Positions 51,859-61,595 of a stretch of 64,000 nucleotides of DNA are shown here, one piece after another (within the stretch, counting starts at the first letter, position 1; each line of letters opens with the position of its first letter). Position numbers and translations under genes: made by a program. The stretch is from positions 4,992,001 to 5,056,000 of the forward strand of contig JASGHG010000001.1 in NCBI GenBank assembly GCA_047602425.1, in the 5' to 3' direction. The notes under the pieces are model-generated. The model made no database searches and had not been told where the DNA came from. It worked only from the letters and a program-made list of their open reading frames with translations. Source of the DNA: Nibricoccus sp. (GTDB lineage Bacteria; Verrucomicrobiota; Verrucomicrobiia; Opitutales; Opitutaceae).

Positions 51859-53541
51859 GTGACCAAGAAACCTGAAACCATCACCGGGATTTTTGCTTCC
51901 CTCGTTCTGTTCGCCACGACGCTTTCCGCCGCAGTCGTCCCCAATACCGCCCTCTCCCCCGATCAGCTCGCCACGCGTTTTCTCGCCCAGGCGACGTTCG
52001 GCCCGTCCCCCGCCTCTCTCGCCGAGCTTCAGGCACTCAGCTACAATTTCGATACGTGGATCACCCAACAAGCCGCCTTGCCGCAAACCCGCGCGGTCGA
52101 CCTGTTGCTGGCCGCCAAGGCCGCGGACACGACCATCACGTCGTTCGACATGTACCAAAACCGCCGAGCCCGCAACCAGGTCATGCTTGCCGGTAGCGAT
52201 CAGTTGCGCCAGCGCGTCGCTTACGCCCTCAGCCAGATCCTCGTGATTTCCGACAACGATTCCGCCGTGGGCGACGCCCAGGAGGGTTCGAGCAGTTACT
52301 ATGACATGCTCGCGCGCAATGCCCTCGGGAATTTCCGCACGCTCCTGATGGACGTCACGCGCCATCCGATGATGGGGCGTTACCTCAGCCACTACAAAAA
52401 TCGCAAGGCTAACCCCACCACCGGCACGCGGCCCGACGAAAACTACGCGCGCGAGGTCATGCAACTCTTTACCATCGGCCTCTACAAGCTCAACGCCGAC
52501 GGCACCTACCAACTCGGTACCGACAACAAGCCGCTCGAGGTCTACACCAACGACGACATCACCGAGTTCGCCCGCGTCTTCACCGGCTTCACCGACGACA
52601 GCACCAACAACACCGGCACGGGCACCGGCCGCCTCGATTTCCCTTCCGCCTCCGCCAACTACACCGTGCAGATGCGCATGTGGGAAGGTCAGCACGACGT
52701 CGCCGCGAAAAAACTTCTCTCCTACACCGGCGCCACCAAGCCCAATCTTCCCGCCGGCCAGACCGGGCTCGTCGACGTTCAGGATGCCATCAATAACCTC
52801 GTCGAGCACCCCAACACCGCGCCGTTCATCAGCCGTCAGCTCATCCAGCGCCTCGTCACCTCCAATCCTTCCAACGCCTACGTCGGTCGCGTCGCCGCGG
52901 TCTTCGTCAACAATGGTTCCGGTGTTCGCGGCGACCTGCTCGCCGTCGTGCGCGCCATCCTGCTCGACGATGAGGCGCGCAACACGTCCTTCATCGCCGA
53001 TGCCCAGCATGGCAAACTTCAGGAGCCTTTCCTGCGCCTGACCCAGGTGATGCGTGCCACCGGTTACACCGTGACCGCGGGCACGCTGCCCTACGACTTC
53101 AGCTCGCGGTTCAACGAAAACGTCATGGGCCAGTTCCCAATGGCCTCGCCTTCCGTCTTCAATTTCTACTCCCCCGACTATGCGCCGGCCGGTCCAGTCG
53201 CCACCGCCAATCTCGTCGCTCCCGAGTTCCAGATCCTGAACTCCGTCTTCGGCGTCGCGTTCCACAACTCGATGTACAACTTCACGCAGACCAACGCCGG
53301 CAACTTCACGCTGAATCTCACCGCGCTCGAAGCCCTCGGCGGCACCCCCGCGCAGCTCATCGACCAGCTCGATCTCTACCTCACGCACGGCACGATGAGC
53401 GTCGAAACCCGCGCGGCCATCACCACCGCCGTCAACAAGGTCACCAGCGCCATCGTCTCGGCCGCCACGGTCAACATCACGCGCGCCCGCCTCGCGCTTT
53501 ATCTCACCACCATTTCGCCCGATTTCGCCGTCCTCAAATAA
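51859..53541 (+). CDS. DUF1800 family protein
   Basis: RFLAQATFGP, DQLRQRVAYALSQILV, PDENYAREVMQLFTIGL and LVTSNPS motifs. Confidence 0.92.
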   Translation: MTKKPETITGIFASLVLFATTLSAAVVPNTALSPDQLATRFLAQATFGPSPASLAELQALSYNFDTWITQQAALPQTRAVDLLLAAKAADTTITSFDMYQNRRARNQVMLAGSDQLRQRVAYALSQILVISDNDSAVGDAQEGSSSYYDMLARNALGNFRTLLMDVTRHPMMGRYLSHYKNRKANPTTGTRPDENYAREVMQLFTIGLYKLNADGTYQLGTDNKPLEVYTNDDITEFARVFTGFTDDSTNNTGTGTGRLDFPSASANYTVQMRMWEGQHDVAAKKLLSYTGATKPNLPAGQTGLVDVQDAINNLVEHPNTAPFISRQLIQRLVTSNPSNAYVGRVAAVFVNNGSGVRGDLLAVVRAILLDDEARNTSFIADAQHGKLQEPFLRLTQVMRATGYTVTAGTLPYDFSSRFNENVMGQFPMASPSVFNFYSPDYAPAGPVATANLVAPEFQILNSVFGVAFHNSMYNFTQTNAGNFTLNLTALEALGGTPAQLIDQLDLYLTHGTMSVETRAAITTAVNKVTSAIVSAATVNITRARLALYLTTISPDFAVLK

Positions 53542-53553
53542 CCGCCTCCTACC

Positions 53554-55137
53554 GTGAAAAAATCCTCCCAAGAAATTTCCCGTCGCGAATTCATCGGCCA
53601 GGCCAGCTGCGCGGGCGTCGGCAGCACCGCGGTCCTTTCCACGCTCCTCAGCCTGCGCCTCGCCAATTCCCTCGCGGCGCAGACCGTGCCCAACACCAGC
53701 GATTACAAGGCCCTCGTCTGCCTCTTCATGTCCGGCGGCAACGATTCCTTCAACATGCTCATCCCCACCACGCAGGGTGAGTACGACGCCTACGCCTCCG
53801 TCCGCGGCAACCTCGCCCTCGCCCGCGATTCGCTGCTGCACATCACCCCCGGCAACATGGGCGGCCGCACGCTCGGTATCCATCCTTCCATGACCGAGGT
53901 CCGCGACCTCTTCAATTCCGGCAACCTCGCCTTCGTCTCCAACGTCGGTTCCCTCGTTCGCCCCACCACCCTCGCCGACTACAAGGCCGGTCGCTACCGC
54001 CCGCTTTCGCTCTACTCGCACGCCGACCAGATCAAGCAATGGCAAACCTGCATGCCCGATTCCCGCACCGCCGTGGGTTGGGGTGGACGCGCCGCCGACA
54101 TCATTCGCTCCCTCAACGCGCCCAGCCTGGTTTCGATGAACATCTCCCTCGCGGGCCAGAACGTTTTCCTCACCGGCAAACAAGCCTTTACCTACAGCGT
54201 GGGCTCCGGCGGCGCCACCGCCCTAACCGGTTACAATCCCCTCACCACCACCGGCCTCACCGGCGCGCGCACCACCGCGGTCGACAACACCCTCGCCGCC
54301 AGCTACCAAAACCTTTTCGAACAATCCTACGCCGGCGCGACGCTCGACGCCGTCGAAACCTACTACGAGTTCACCAATGCCATCACGGGCATCACCATTC
54401 CGACCGCCACACCCGCCAACAATTCCCTCGCCAGCAATCTCTCGATGATCGCGAAGATCGCCTCCGCCAACGGAAAACTCGGCGCCAAGCGCCAGGTCTT
54501 CTTCGTGCAGATCGGCGGCTGGGATCACCACGACGACGTCGTCACCAAACAGGACACCATGCTCCGCGTTGTTAGCCAGGCCCTCGGCTACTTCTGGTCC
54601 GCGCTCGGCGACCTCGGCCTGCGCAACAACGTCACCCTCTTCACCGCCTCCGACTTCGGCCGCACCCTCACCTCCAACGGCAACGGCTCCGACCACGCCT
54701 GGGGCGGCAACCACCTCACCATGGGCGGCGCCGTTGCCGGTGGCTACGTGTTCGGCAACAAAGCCCAGGGCTATTATCCCAACTTCCAGAATCTCTCCAC
54801 GATCGACACCGGCCAGGGCCGCCTCATTCCCGGCGTGGCCGTCGACGAATACGCCCGTGACCTGCTCAATTGGTTCGGCATCTCCAACGCGGATCTCGAC
54901 TACGTTCTTCCAGCGTTCAGCAGCCGCTTCGGCGACCGCGAAGCCCTCGGCGTGATCGGCAAAGGCTACACCGCACCCGCCCCCGACAACAGCTCCAGCT
55001 CCGGCGGAGGCAAAAGCAGCGGTGGTGGCGGAGGTGGTGGAGCCATGAGCGGTTTGGCCACCGGCGCCGCCGGCGCCGCGTTGCTCCTCAAAATGCTCGC
55101 CGACCGCAAAGCCCGCGTAAAACAGTCCCAAGCCTGA
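53554..55137 (+). CDS. DUF1501 family protein with Tat signal
   Basis: SRREFI; DYKALVCLFMSGGNDSFN, GGWDHH and SDFGRTL...GSDHAWG motifs. Confidence 0.93.
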   Translation: MKKSSQEISRREFIGQASCAGVGSTAVLSTLLSLRLANSLAAQTVPNTSDYKALVCLFMSGGNDSFNMLIPTTQGEYDAYASVRGNLALARDSLLHITPGNMGGRTLGIHPSMTEVRDLFNSGNLAFVSNVGSLVRPTTLADYKAGRYRPLSLYSHADQIKQWQTCMPDSRTAVGWGGRAADIIRSLNAPSLVSMNISLAGQNVFLTGKQAFTYSVGSGGATALTGYNPLTTTGLTGARTTAVDNTLAASYQNLFEQSYAGATLDAVETYYEFTNAITGITIPTATPANNSLASNLSMIAKIASANGKLGAKRQVFFVQIGGWDHHDDVVTKQDTMLRVVSQALGYFWSALGDLGLRNNVTLFTASDFGRTLTSNGNGSDHAWGGNHLTMGGAVAGGYVFGNKAQGYYPNFQNLSTIDTGQGRLIPGVAVDEYARDLLNWFGISNADLDYVLPAFSSRFGDREALGVIGKGYTAPAPDNSSSSGGGKSSGGGGGGGAMSGLATGAAGAALLLKMLADRKARVKQSQA

Positions 55138-55420
55138 CACCCGTCATCCCCTCCTTCTCTTTCTCTTTATCGTTCTCCTTCTTCTTTCAGAAAAAATCTG
55201 GCAGCAGCGTCGTCTCGGTACCCTCCGTCACTTGAGCGTTCAGCGTTGAACGTTCCTCCGCCCCCTCTCCGTTTCCTTCGTTATACCTCCTGTTAAATTG
55301 TTCGGCATTCGTTGCCGCCGTCCGCCTTCTCTTTCTCCTTTCAGCCCCGACTTGCTGTCGTCGCGCCCAGAGGGCAACCCGCTCCTCCAGCCCTACGCTC
55401 ACGCTCCGGGCGAGCCGCTT

Positions 55421-55578
55421 AACTCAATCCGCGCAGCCCCTCGACAGGCTCAGCGCCTTGAGCGAAATCGAAACGTCTCACCCTCTCCGCGCTACGCGCT
55501 CCGTCCGACCTCCGACCTCCGACATCCGGCTTCCGGTCCTCTGGCATCTGGCTTCTGTCCTCTGGCTTTCATTCTCCG
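55421..55578. repeat. Direct repeat copy 1 (palindrome remnant plus heptamer run)
   Basis: Aligns with 56773-56936; three mismatches in the first ~86 bp. Confidence 0.92.
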
Positions 55579-55676
55579 TTTCCTTCATTACCTCCCGTTC
55601 AAACTGTCCAGAAGAAAACCGCGCCCTCCGTCATCCGGCTTGTCAACCGGCTAATCCCGGGTAGCCTGCAAAAGTC

Positions 55677-55988
55677 ATGTCGAAATCTGCCGCCAACGTC
55701 ACACCGAGGAGTGAAGTCTCCGCGTCCGGGGATGCTTTGCTGGCACGCCTGCGGGCAATGAAGGCGCAAGATCGGTTGGCCGCAATCGCCAACACGCTGG
55801 AGGCCATCCAATCGTCACCGACAACAGAAAACGTTTTTCTGCGCAAAACGCTCCTTCGATTGCAGGATACTACGCGTCTAGAAATCGGGGAAGTCGCCGA
55901 AACAGATCTGCATCGCGAAAACTCACCGTTCGCCAGGATGGATTTTCGCCGGGCGCATCTCACCTTCCGCAAGCGTGCCCACGCCTGA
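55677..55988 (+). CDS. Small hypothetical protein, putative partner/antitoxin
   Basis: 103-aa ORF overlapping the start of the next gene. Confidence 0.65.
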   Translation: MSKSAANVTPRSEVSASGDALLARLRAMKAQDRLAAIANTLEAIQSSPTTENVFLRKTLLRLQDTTRLEIGEVAETDLHRENSPFARMDFRRAHLTFRKRAHA

Positions 55989-56715
55989 ATCAACCACGCC
56001 GGAGGATTTCGATCCGATCTTCTCGCAAGGAGTCGTGATTGTGGGCGGACACGCCGTTAATCTATGGGCTTCTTATTACGCCGTGCGTGGTGATTCCGTG
56101 CTGGCGCAATTCGCGCCCTTCACCTCAAAAGACGCGGACATTTTTCTGCGCGATCCCTCCCTCGCGCAAGCGATCGCTGCGGCGGCTGGCTGGGAATTTC
56201 GTGGCAACCGTGAACCACGCTCACCGGTTTTGGGAATCCTCGTGATGCAGCGAAACAACGTCTCTTTGCAGGTCGACGTGATGCGCTCTGTCACCGGCCT
56301 CACCCACGATGACCTAGCGGCAACAGAATCGATCACATTCGAAAACGGCAAATCTTACTCCGTCCCTGCACCCGACGTGATGCTCAAGGCCAAGCTCGCC
56401 AATTTGCGGCAACACAACCAAGCCAATCGGCAGGACGAACGGCATGTGCGCATCCTGCTTCGTTGCTGCCGCCACTATTTGGAGGATGTCTGTGCTGCAG
56501 TGACTGCCGGGGAATTGCCGGAGCGGGAGGCCATCGAACGCTTCATGATCGTCTGGAGACTGATTTCAGCCCCAGAGGCAAAAGTTTTGGATCAGCAGTA
56601 TGGATTGGAGCTCCATACCGCCGTGCCGATCAAAGAGGCGTTAGGTGATTTGTCTTCGCTACCACGGGTCCGCGCTTTCTATCAGCATCAAGTGACCAAT
56701 GCGGGCAGCCGGTGA
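55975..56715 (+). CDS. Putative nucleotidyltransferase-fold protein (AbiEii-like)
   Basis: VIVGGHAVNLW...TSKDADIF...VDVM...LKAK...RQDERH pattern. Confidence 0.7.
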   Translation: MPTPESTTPEDFDPIFSQGVVIVGGHAVNLWASYYAVRGDSVLAQFAPFTSKDADIFLRDPSLAQAIAAAAGWEFRGNREPRSPVLGILVMQRNNVSLQVDVMRSVTGLTHDDLAATESITFENGKSYSVPAPDVMLKAKLANLRQHNQANRQDERHVRILLRCCRHYLEDVCAAVTAGELPEREAIERFMIVWRLISAPEAKVLDQQYGLELHTAVPIKEALGDLSSLPRVRAFYQHQVTNAGSR

Positions 56716-56772
56716 CTACATCGTCTCCCTCTCCATTCCCTCCGTTATCTCCTGTTAAACTGTTCGGAAGGA

Positions 56773-56936
56773 AACTCAATCCGCGCAGCCCCTCGACAGG
56801 CTCAGCTCCTTGAGCGAAATCGAAACGACTCACCCTCTCCGCGCTACGCACTCCGTCCAGCCTCCGACCTCCAGCCTCCGACCTCCGGCTTCCGGCATCT
56901 GGCTTCCGGCATCTGTCCTCTGGCTTTCATTCTCCG
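56773..56936. repeat. Direct repeat copy 2
   Basis: Aligns with 55421-55578 and has one more heptamer unit. Confidence 0.92.
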
Positions 56937-57182
56937 CCCCCTCTCCCCCCTCCCCGATGGGGCAACTGCAACCCAGCTTCGTCCTCTGAGTTAAAAAAAC
57001 AAACCGCCCGCCCGTCGTATTCGCCCAGCACACAGCGCCCACTTCAACAACCCGCAACCCCTGAGCCTTCCCCATACGCCGCGCTCAACCACGTCCACAA
57101 CATTCTGCCACCGTCAAGAATCGAAGATTGCCGCTCTGCTACGATTGCACTCATCTTCTAATAACAACTTACGCGCGAGCCC

Positions 57183-60100
57183 ATGCCCATCCCTCCGTCG
57201 ATCCTCGACCGCATCGAAGTTTTTTCCCGCAACCGCGACGCCTATCTTTCGCCAGACTACAAGGAGACCGAACTCCGCCGCGAGTTCCTCGATCCGCTCT
57301 TTGACGCCCTCGGTTGGGACATCTTCAACCGCGCCGGTTACGCCGAAGACTACAAGGACGTCGTCCATGAAGACACGTTACGCATCCCCGGCGTCGGCCA
57401 TTCGTCACCCGACTACTCTTTCCGCATTGGTGGCACGCGAAAATTTTTCGTCGAGGCCAAGAAACCCTCTGTCCGCATCAAGGACGATCCCGAGCCCGCC
57501 CTCCAACTTCGCCGCTACTCCTGGTCGGCCAAGCTTCCCCTCGGCATCGTTACCGATTTCCAAGAGTTCGCCGTCTACGACACTCGCATAAAAATCCGCG
57601 AAGGCGACAAGGCCTCCGTCGCCCGCATTTTCTACTGTACCTTCGACGAGCTCGCCGAGAAGTGGGACTGGATCGCCAGCATCTTCTCCCGCGAGGTCGT
57701 GCTCCGTGGCGCGTTCGACAAGTACGCCGCCACTTCCAAGGGCAAGCGTGGCACCGCCGAGTTCGACGACGCCTTCCTCGAGGACATGGAGCGCTGGCGC
57801 AAGCTCCTCGCCGAAAACCTCGCCCTGCGCAATGCCGCCCTCACCCAGCGCGATCTTAATTTCGCCGTCCAGCGCATCCTCGACCGCATCATTTTCCTCC
57901 GCATCGCCGAGGATCGCGGCATCGAATCCTACGGACAACTCTCCGCACTCACCGCCGGGCCGAAGATTTACCCGCGTCTCTGCGAGATCTTCGAGCGCGC
58001 CGACTACCGCTACAACTCCGGCCTCTTCCACTTCGAATCCGATAAGTCCCGCGAAGAAGCCCCTGACAAGCTCACGCTCGGCCTCCACCTCGACGACGCC
58101 GTTCTCAAGGAGCTCATCTCCTCCCTCTACTACCCGAAGAGCCCCTACGCCTTCGCCGTCATCCCTGCCGACATCCTCGGTCACGTCTACGAGCAATTCC
58201 TCGGCAAGGTCATCCACCTCACCGAAGGCCACCGCGCCAAGATCGAGGAAAAACCCGAGGTCCGCAAAGCCGGCGGCGTCTACTACACGCCCACCTACAT
58301 CGTAAACTACATCGTCCGCCAGACCGTCGGCCCGCTCGTCGAGGGCAAGACGCCCAAGCAGGTCGAAAAACTCCGCGTGCTCGACCCCGCCTGCGGCTCC
58401 GGCTCCTTCCTGCTTGGCGCCTACGAATTCCTGCTCGACTGGCATCTCGACTGGTACCGCAAAAACGAACCCGAGTCCTGGGCCAAAAAGAAAAGCCCGC
58501 CCATCTACGAAACCGCCCCCAACGCCAACGGCATCGGCCAAGGGTCCAAGAACTGGCGCCTCACCACCGCCGAGCGAAAACGCATCCTCGTCAACAACCT
58601 CTACGGCGTCGATATCGACGCGCAGGCCGTCGAGGTGACGAAACTCTCCCTCCTCCTAAAAGTCCTCGAAGGCGAGGCCCGCGAGTTGCAGGGCAAGCAA
58701 CTCGATTTCCACCGCGTCCTCCCCGACCTCGGCCAGAACATTAAGTGCGGCAACAGCCTCATCGGCTCCGATTATTATTCCCAGCCCGACCTCCCCACAT
58801 TCGATGACGAGGCCCGCCTCAAGATCAACGCCTTCGACTGGGCCCACGAGTTTGCCGCGATCATGAAGTCCGGTGGCTTCGACGCCGTCATCGGAAATCC
58901 CCCGTATGGGGCAGATTTTACAGAATGCGAACTGCCTTACTTACGCAGTCACTATTCCTCGCTAACTAACTCGCTCGATTCCTTCATCATGTTTGTCGAA
59001 CAAGCGGGTAATCTTCTCGCTGCGCGGGGGCGTCTCGGCGTCATTATTCCATCTGGCTGGGTGTCTACCCCATCATCGAAAAAGCTCCGCTTGCGCTTTG
59101 CGGAGCAATACCGGCCTGAATCATTCGTTTCTCTTCCTTACGATGTCTTCAAGGGTGCATACATTGACACAATGGTCGTCGTGGCAAGCCGCCTGAAGAA
59201 AGGCACGTTGTGGAAAAACATGGAGGATCATTCTGTATCGCTGACAGTGTTTCCTATTCGCCACAAGGTGGCTGGTCCCGACGACTTTGATTCGTTTACT
59301 AAACGGGGGAATTTTCGTGACTGGCTCGCCGCAGAAGGTGCAGAATTTTTGGTGCTGTCTTCCGATGTTGAAGCTGCACTCGTTAAGCGACTCCGGGAGC
59401 TCCCAACCAACCTCGCTACCTATGCGGACGTGATGCGTGGAGTAGAAGTTTTCAATCCGCGCAATCGTCACGAGTGCAAATCCGCGAAAAGAGCATTCGC
59501 GGGGGAAATGCTTCGGTACCATTTGGACATCGGCCCCGAGTCTTACGAGAGCTACACGCCCGTTATTGAGTCATCAAAGCCGCTGCGTTTTTTTAGCGGA
59601 CCGCGAGTACTTCTTCGCCAACTCCTCAGTCGAAAATTCCGGCTTCAGGCGGTTTTTGCCAACGACGAGTTTCTCACGAACCAATCGGTTCAAAGTATTG
59701 TTCTGCGAGAGAAGATTCCGTCCACCTTTGCTCTTCTCGGAATCGTAAACTCTAAACTCCTGTCTTGGTATTTTTGTCAGATCAATCTCGTAGCTCGTCG
59801 TGATGATTTCCCTAAAACGATTATCAAGCAGACGCGCGAACTGCCTTTCCCCTCATTCGATACGCAATCGCGCAAAGCTCACGACCAACTCGTCGCCCAC
59901 GTCGAGCGAATGCTGAAGCTCCACGAAGACCTTGCCGCGGCGAAGTCGCCCGACGCGCAGACGCGCCTCCAGCGCGAGATCGCCGCGACCGACCGCGCCA
60001 TCGACCAACTCGTTTACCAGCTCTACGACCTCACGCCCGAGGAAATCGCCCTCGTCGAAGCCGCCACCGCTCCCGCTGCCAAACCGTCCGACACCGACAG

Positions 60101-60224
60101 CGACGAAGCTCTGCCCATCCTCAAATCCACCGTCCAGTCCCCGCCCGCCGCCTACATCCAAGCTGAGGCCGACGCCGCCCACACCTACTTCGTCAAAGAG
60201 GACGCGCCGCCCAAGGAGGATTGA
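57183..60224 (+). CDS. Type IIG restriction-modification enzyme (PD-ExK nuclease, N6-adenine MTase, TRD)
   Basis: PDY...VEAKK, GVYYTP, LDPACGSGSFL, IGNPPY and C-terminal IDQLVYQLYDLTPEEI motifs. Confidence 0.93.
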   Translation: MPIPPSILDRIEVFSRNRDAYLSPDYKETELRREFLDPLFDALGWDIFNRAGYAEDYKDVVHEDTLRIPGVGHSSPDYSFRIGGTRKFFVEAKKPSVRIKDDPEPALQLRRYSWSAKLPLGIVTDFQEFAVYDTRIKIREGDKASVARIFYCTFDELAEKWDWIASIFSREVVLRGAFDKYAATSKGKRGTAEFDDAFLEDMERWRKLLAENLALRNAALTQRDLNFAVQRILDRIIFLRIAEDRGIESYGQLSALTAGPKIYPRLCEIFERADYRYNSGLFHFESDKSREEAPDKLTLGLHLDDAVLKELISSLYYPKSPYAFAVIPADILGHVYEQFLGKVIHLTEGHRAKIEEKPEVRKAGGVYYTPTYIVNYIVRQTVGPLVEGKTPKQVEKLRVLDPACGSGSFLLGAYEFLLDWHLDWYRKNEPESWAKKKSPPIYETAPNANGIGQGSKNWRLTTAERKRILVNNLYGVDIDAQAVEVTKLSLLLKVLEGEARELQGKQLDFHRVLPDLGQNIKCGNSLIGSDYYSQPDLPTFDDEARLKINAFDWAHEFAAIMKSGGFDAVIGNPPYGADFTECELPYLRSHYSSLTNSLDSFIMFVEQAGNLLAARGRLGVIIPSGWVSTPSSKKLRLRFAEQYRPESFVSLPYDVFKGAYIDTMVVVASRLKKGTLWKNMEDHSVSLTVFPIRHKVAGPDDFDSFTKRGNFRDWLAAEGAEFLVLSSDVEAALVKRLRELPTNLATYADVMRGVEVFNPRNRHECKSAKRAFAGEMLRYHLDIGPESYESYTPVIESSKPLRFFSGPRVLLRQLLSRKFRLQAVFANDEFLTNQSVQSIVLREKIPSTFALLGIVNSKLLSWYFCQINLVARRDDFPKTIIKQTRELPFPSFDTQSRKAHDQLVAHVERMLKLHEDLAAAKSPDAQTRLQREIAATDRAIDQLVYQLYDLTPEEIALVEAATAPAAKPSDTDSDEALPILKSTVQSPPAAYIQAEADAAHTYFVKEDAPPKED

Positions 60225-60227
60225 CCC

Positions 60228-60608
60228 ATGCCACACCTCGCCAAACCCCGCACCCGCCTGCCACAACTCGAACGCGAGACGCCGCTCGTCGCCATCGCCG
60301 CCGCTCGTCAGGTCCTCGAGGAAGTTTCCCGCTACCTCGACGACCCCTTGCCCACCCGCTACGCCGCCCGACTCGCCCATCGCGCCCGCGCCATCTACGC
60401 CAACTCCGCTTCCTTCCGCGCCCGCATCAAGGCCTCCGGCGACACGGGCCGCGACTGGCTTTACTTGTACATGCGCCACTGGTTCGCCGCGATCCTCAAA
60501 GCCGATTGCCCCGCGCTCTACGACCAGCTCCCGTCGAGCTTCTCCGTCGGCGAGCCACTCCCAAAATCTCGGTATCTCTCCCCGGATATTCACCAGCTTG
60601 TCGGGTAA
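60228..60608 (+). CDS. Hypothetical protein
   Basis: 126-aa ORF starting 3 bp after the R-M stop codon; host-like codon usage. Confidence 0.75.
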   Translation: MPHLAKPRTRLPQLERETPLVAIAAARQVLEEVSRYLDDPLPTRYAARLAHRARAIYANSASFRARIKASGDTGRDWLYLYMRHWFAAILKADCPALYDQLPSSFSVGEPLPKSRYLSPDIHQLVG

Positions 60609-60619
60609 CCCACCCCTTT

Positions 60620-61531
60620 ATGCCCAGCAATCAACCGTTCACTCTGCACATCTTCGTCGTTAACGGCGATCCGGATGGGCTACGCGTCATCGAGCGATCC
60701 AATTGGAACGGCAAGGCCGTTGTTTTCCCGCGCAGTCTTTACCCACATATCAAAAACAGGGATGAATTCTCGCACACCGGCGTCTATCTCCTGCTGGGGC
60801 CACGTGAGGATGGAGAAGGAGACGCCCTCTACATCGGTGAAGGCGATCCCGTACGCCCGCGGATCGAGAGCCACTACGTAAAAAAAGATTTTTGGACGCG
60901 CGCCGTCTTTTTCGTGGGTGGTCTGGGAAAGCTTAACAAGGCACATGTCCAATTTCTGGAAGCACAACTAGTCGCACGCGCCAAAGCAGCAAAACGCTTG
61001 CTGCTGGAAAACGGAAACGATCCCACCGAGCCCACGCTTTCCGAGGCTGACCGGGCGGCAATGGAAGTTTTCCTCGATAACATGCTAGGCATGCTTCCGG
61101 TGCTCGGGGTAGACGCCTTTGAAAAAGCAAAAGCGCCATCATCGAAAACATCCGATGACGGCGCTTTACACCCCGCCCCCGTGATCCTCACCTGCAGAGG
61201 CAAAGGCGTCATCGCAACCGGGTACGAGACAACTCAAGGTTTTCTGGTAAAAGCCTCGTCGATGGCTGTTGGACTCAAGGACGAGGCTCCATCGCTCGCG
61301 GTACACGTCCCTACAGTTTATAAAGCAAGAAGAGAGGCAATTCGTACGGGCGTACTTCAGGCGGACGGAGACCGGTTTCGTTTCGTTGAAGACTACGTAT
61401 TTAATTCGCCGTCCTTAGCCGCAGCCGTTATTTTTGGCCGCAGCGCCAATGGCCGGATCGAGTGGAAAGATTCGTCCGGTAAAACTCTCAAGCAACTGCA
61501 GATCGAACAGGCCATTCCCGCGCTCGTTTAG
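60620..61531 (+). CDS. GIY-YIG nuclease with DUF4357 C-terminal domain
   Basis: GVYLL...YIGE...R...H...KDFW; FNSPSLAAAVIFGRSANGRIEWKD. Confidence 0.9.
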   Translation: MPSNQPFTLHIFVVNGDPDGLRVIERSNWNGKAVVFPRSLYPHIKNRDEFSHTGVYLLLGPREDGEGDALYIGEGDPVRPRIESHYVKKDFWTRAVFFVGGLGKLNKAHVQFLEAQLVARAKAAKRLLLENGNDPTEPTLSEADRAAMEVFLDNMLGMLPVLGVDAFEKAKAPSSKTSDDGALHPAPVILTCRGKGVIATGYETTQGFLVKASSMAVGLKDEAPSLAVHVPTVYKARREAIRTGVLQADGDRFRFVEDYVFNSPSLAAAVIFGRSANGRIEWKDSSGKTLKQLQIEQAIPALV

Positions 61532-61595
61532 TCGAAACACTCAAACCTGCGACGACGCCACCGCTCGTCTCAGTAACCGAGTTACAAAGTACAGA

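Noticed and set aside
51814..55140. Long minus-strand ORFs (789 aa and 305 aa)
   Set aside because: Antisense shadows of the DUF1800 and DUF1501 genes.
55372..55430. attC-like look (CAAC...CTCCAGC...CCGCTTAACTCAATC)
   Set aside because: Lacks the GTTRRRY right box, pairs poorly, and there is no integron integrase or second site; at most a remnant.
60221..60619. Long N-terminal extension of the 436-aa ORF
   Set aside because: It overlaps the better 126-aa gene in another frame; the real start is taken as the ATG at 60620.
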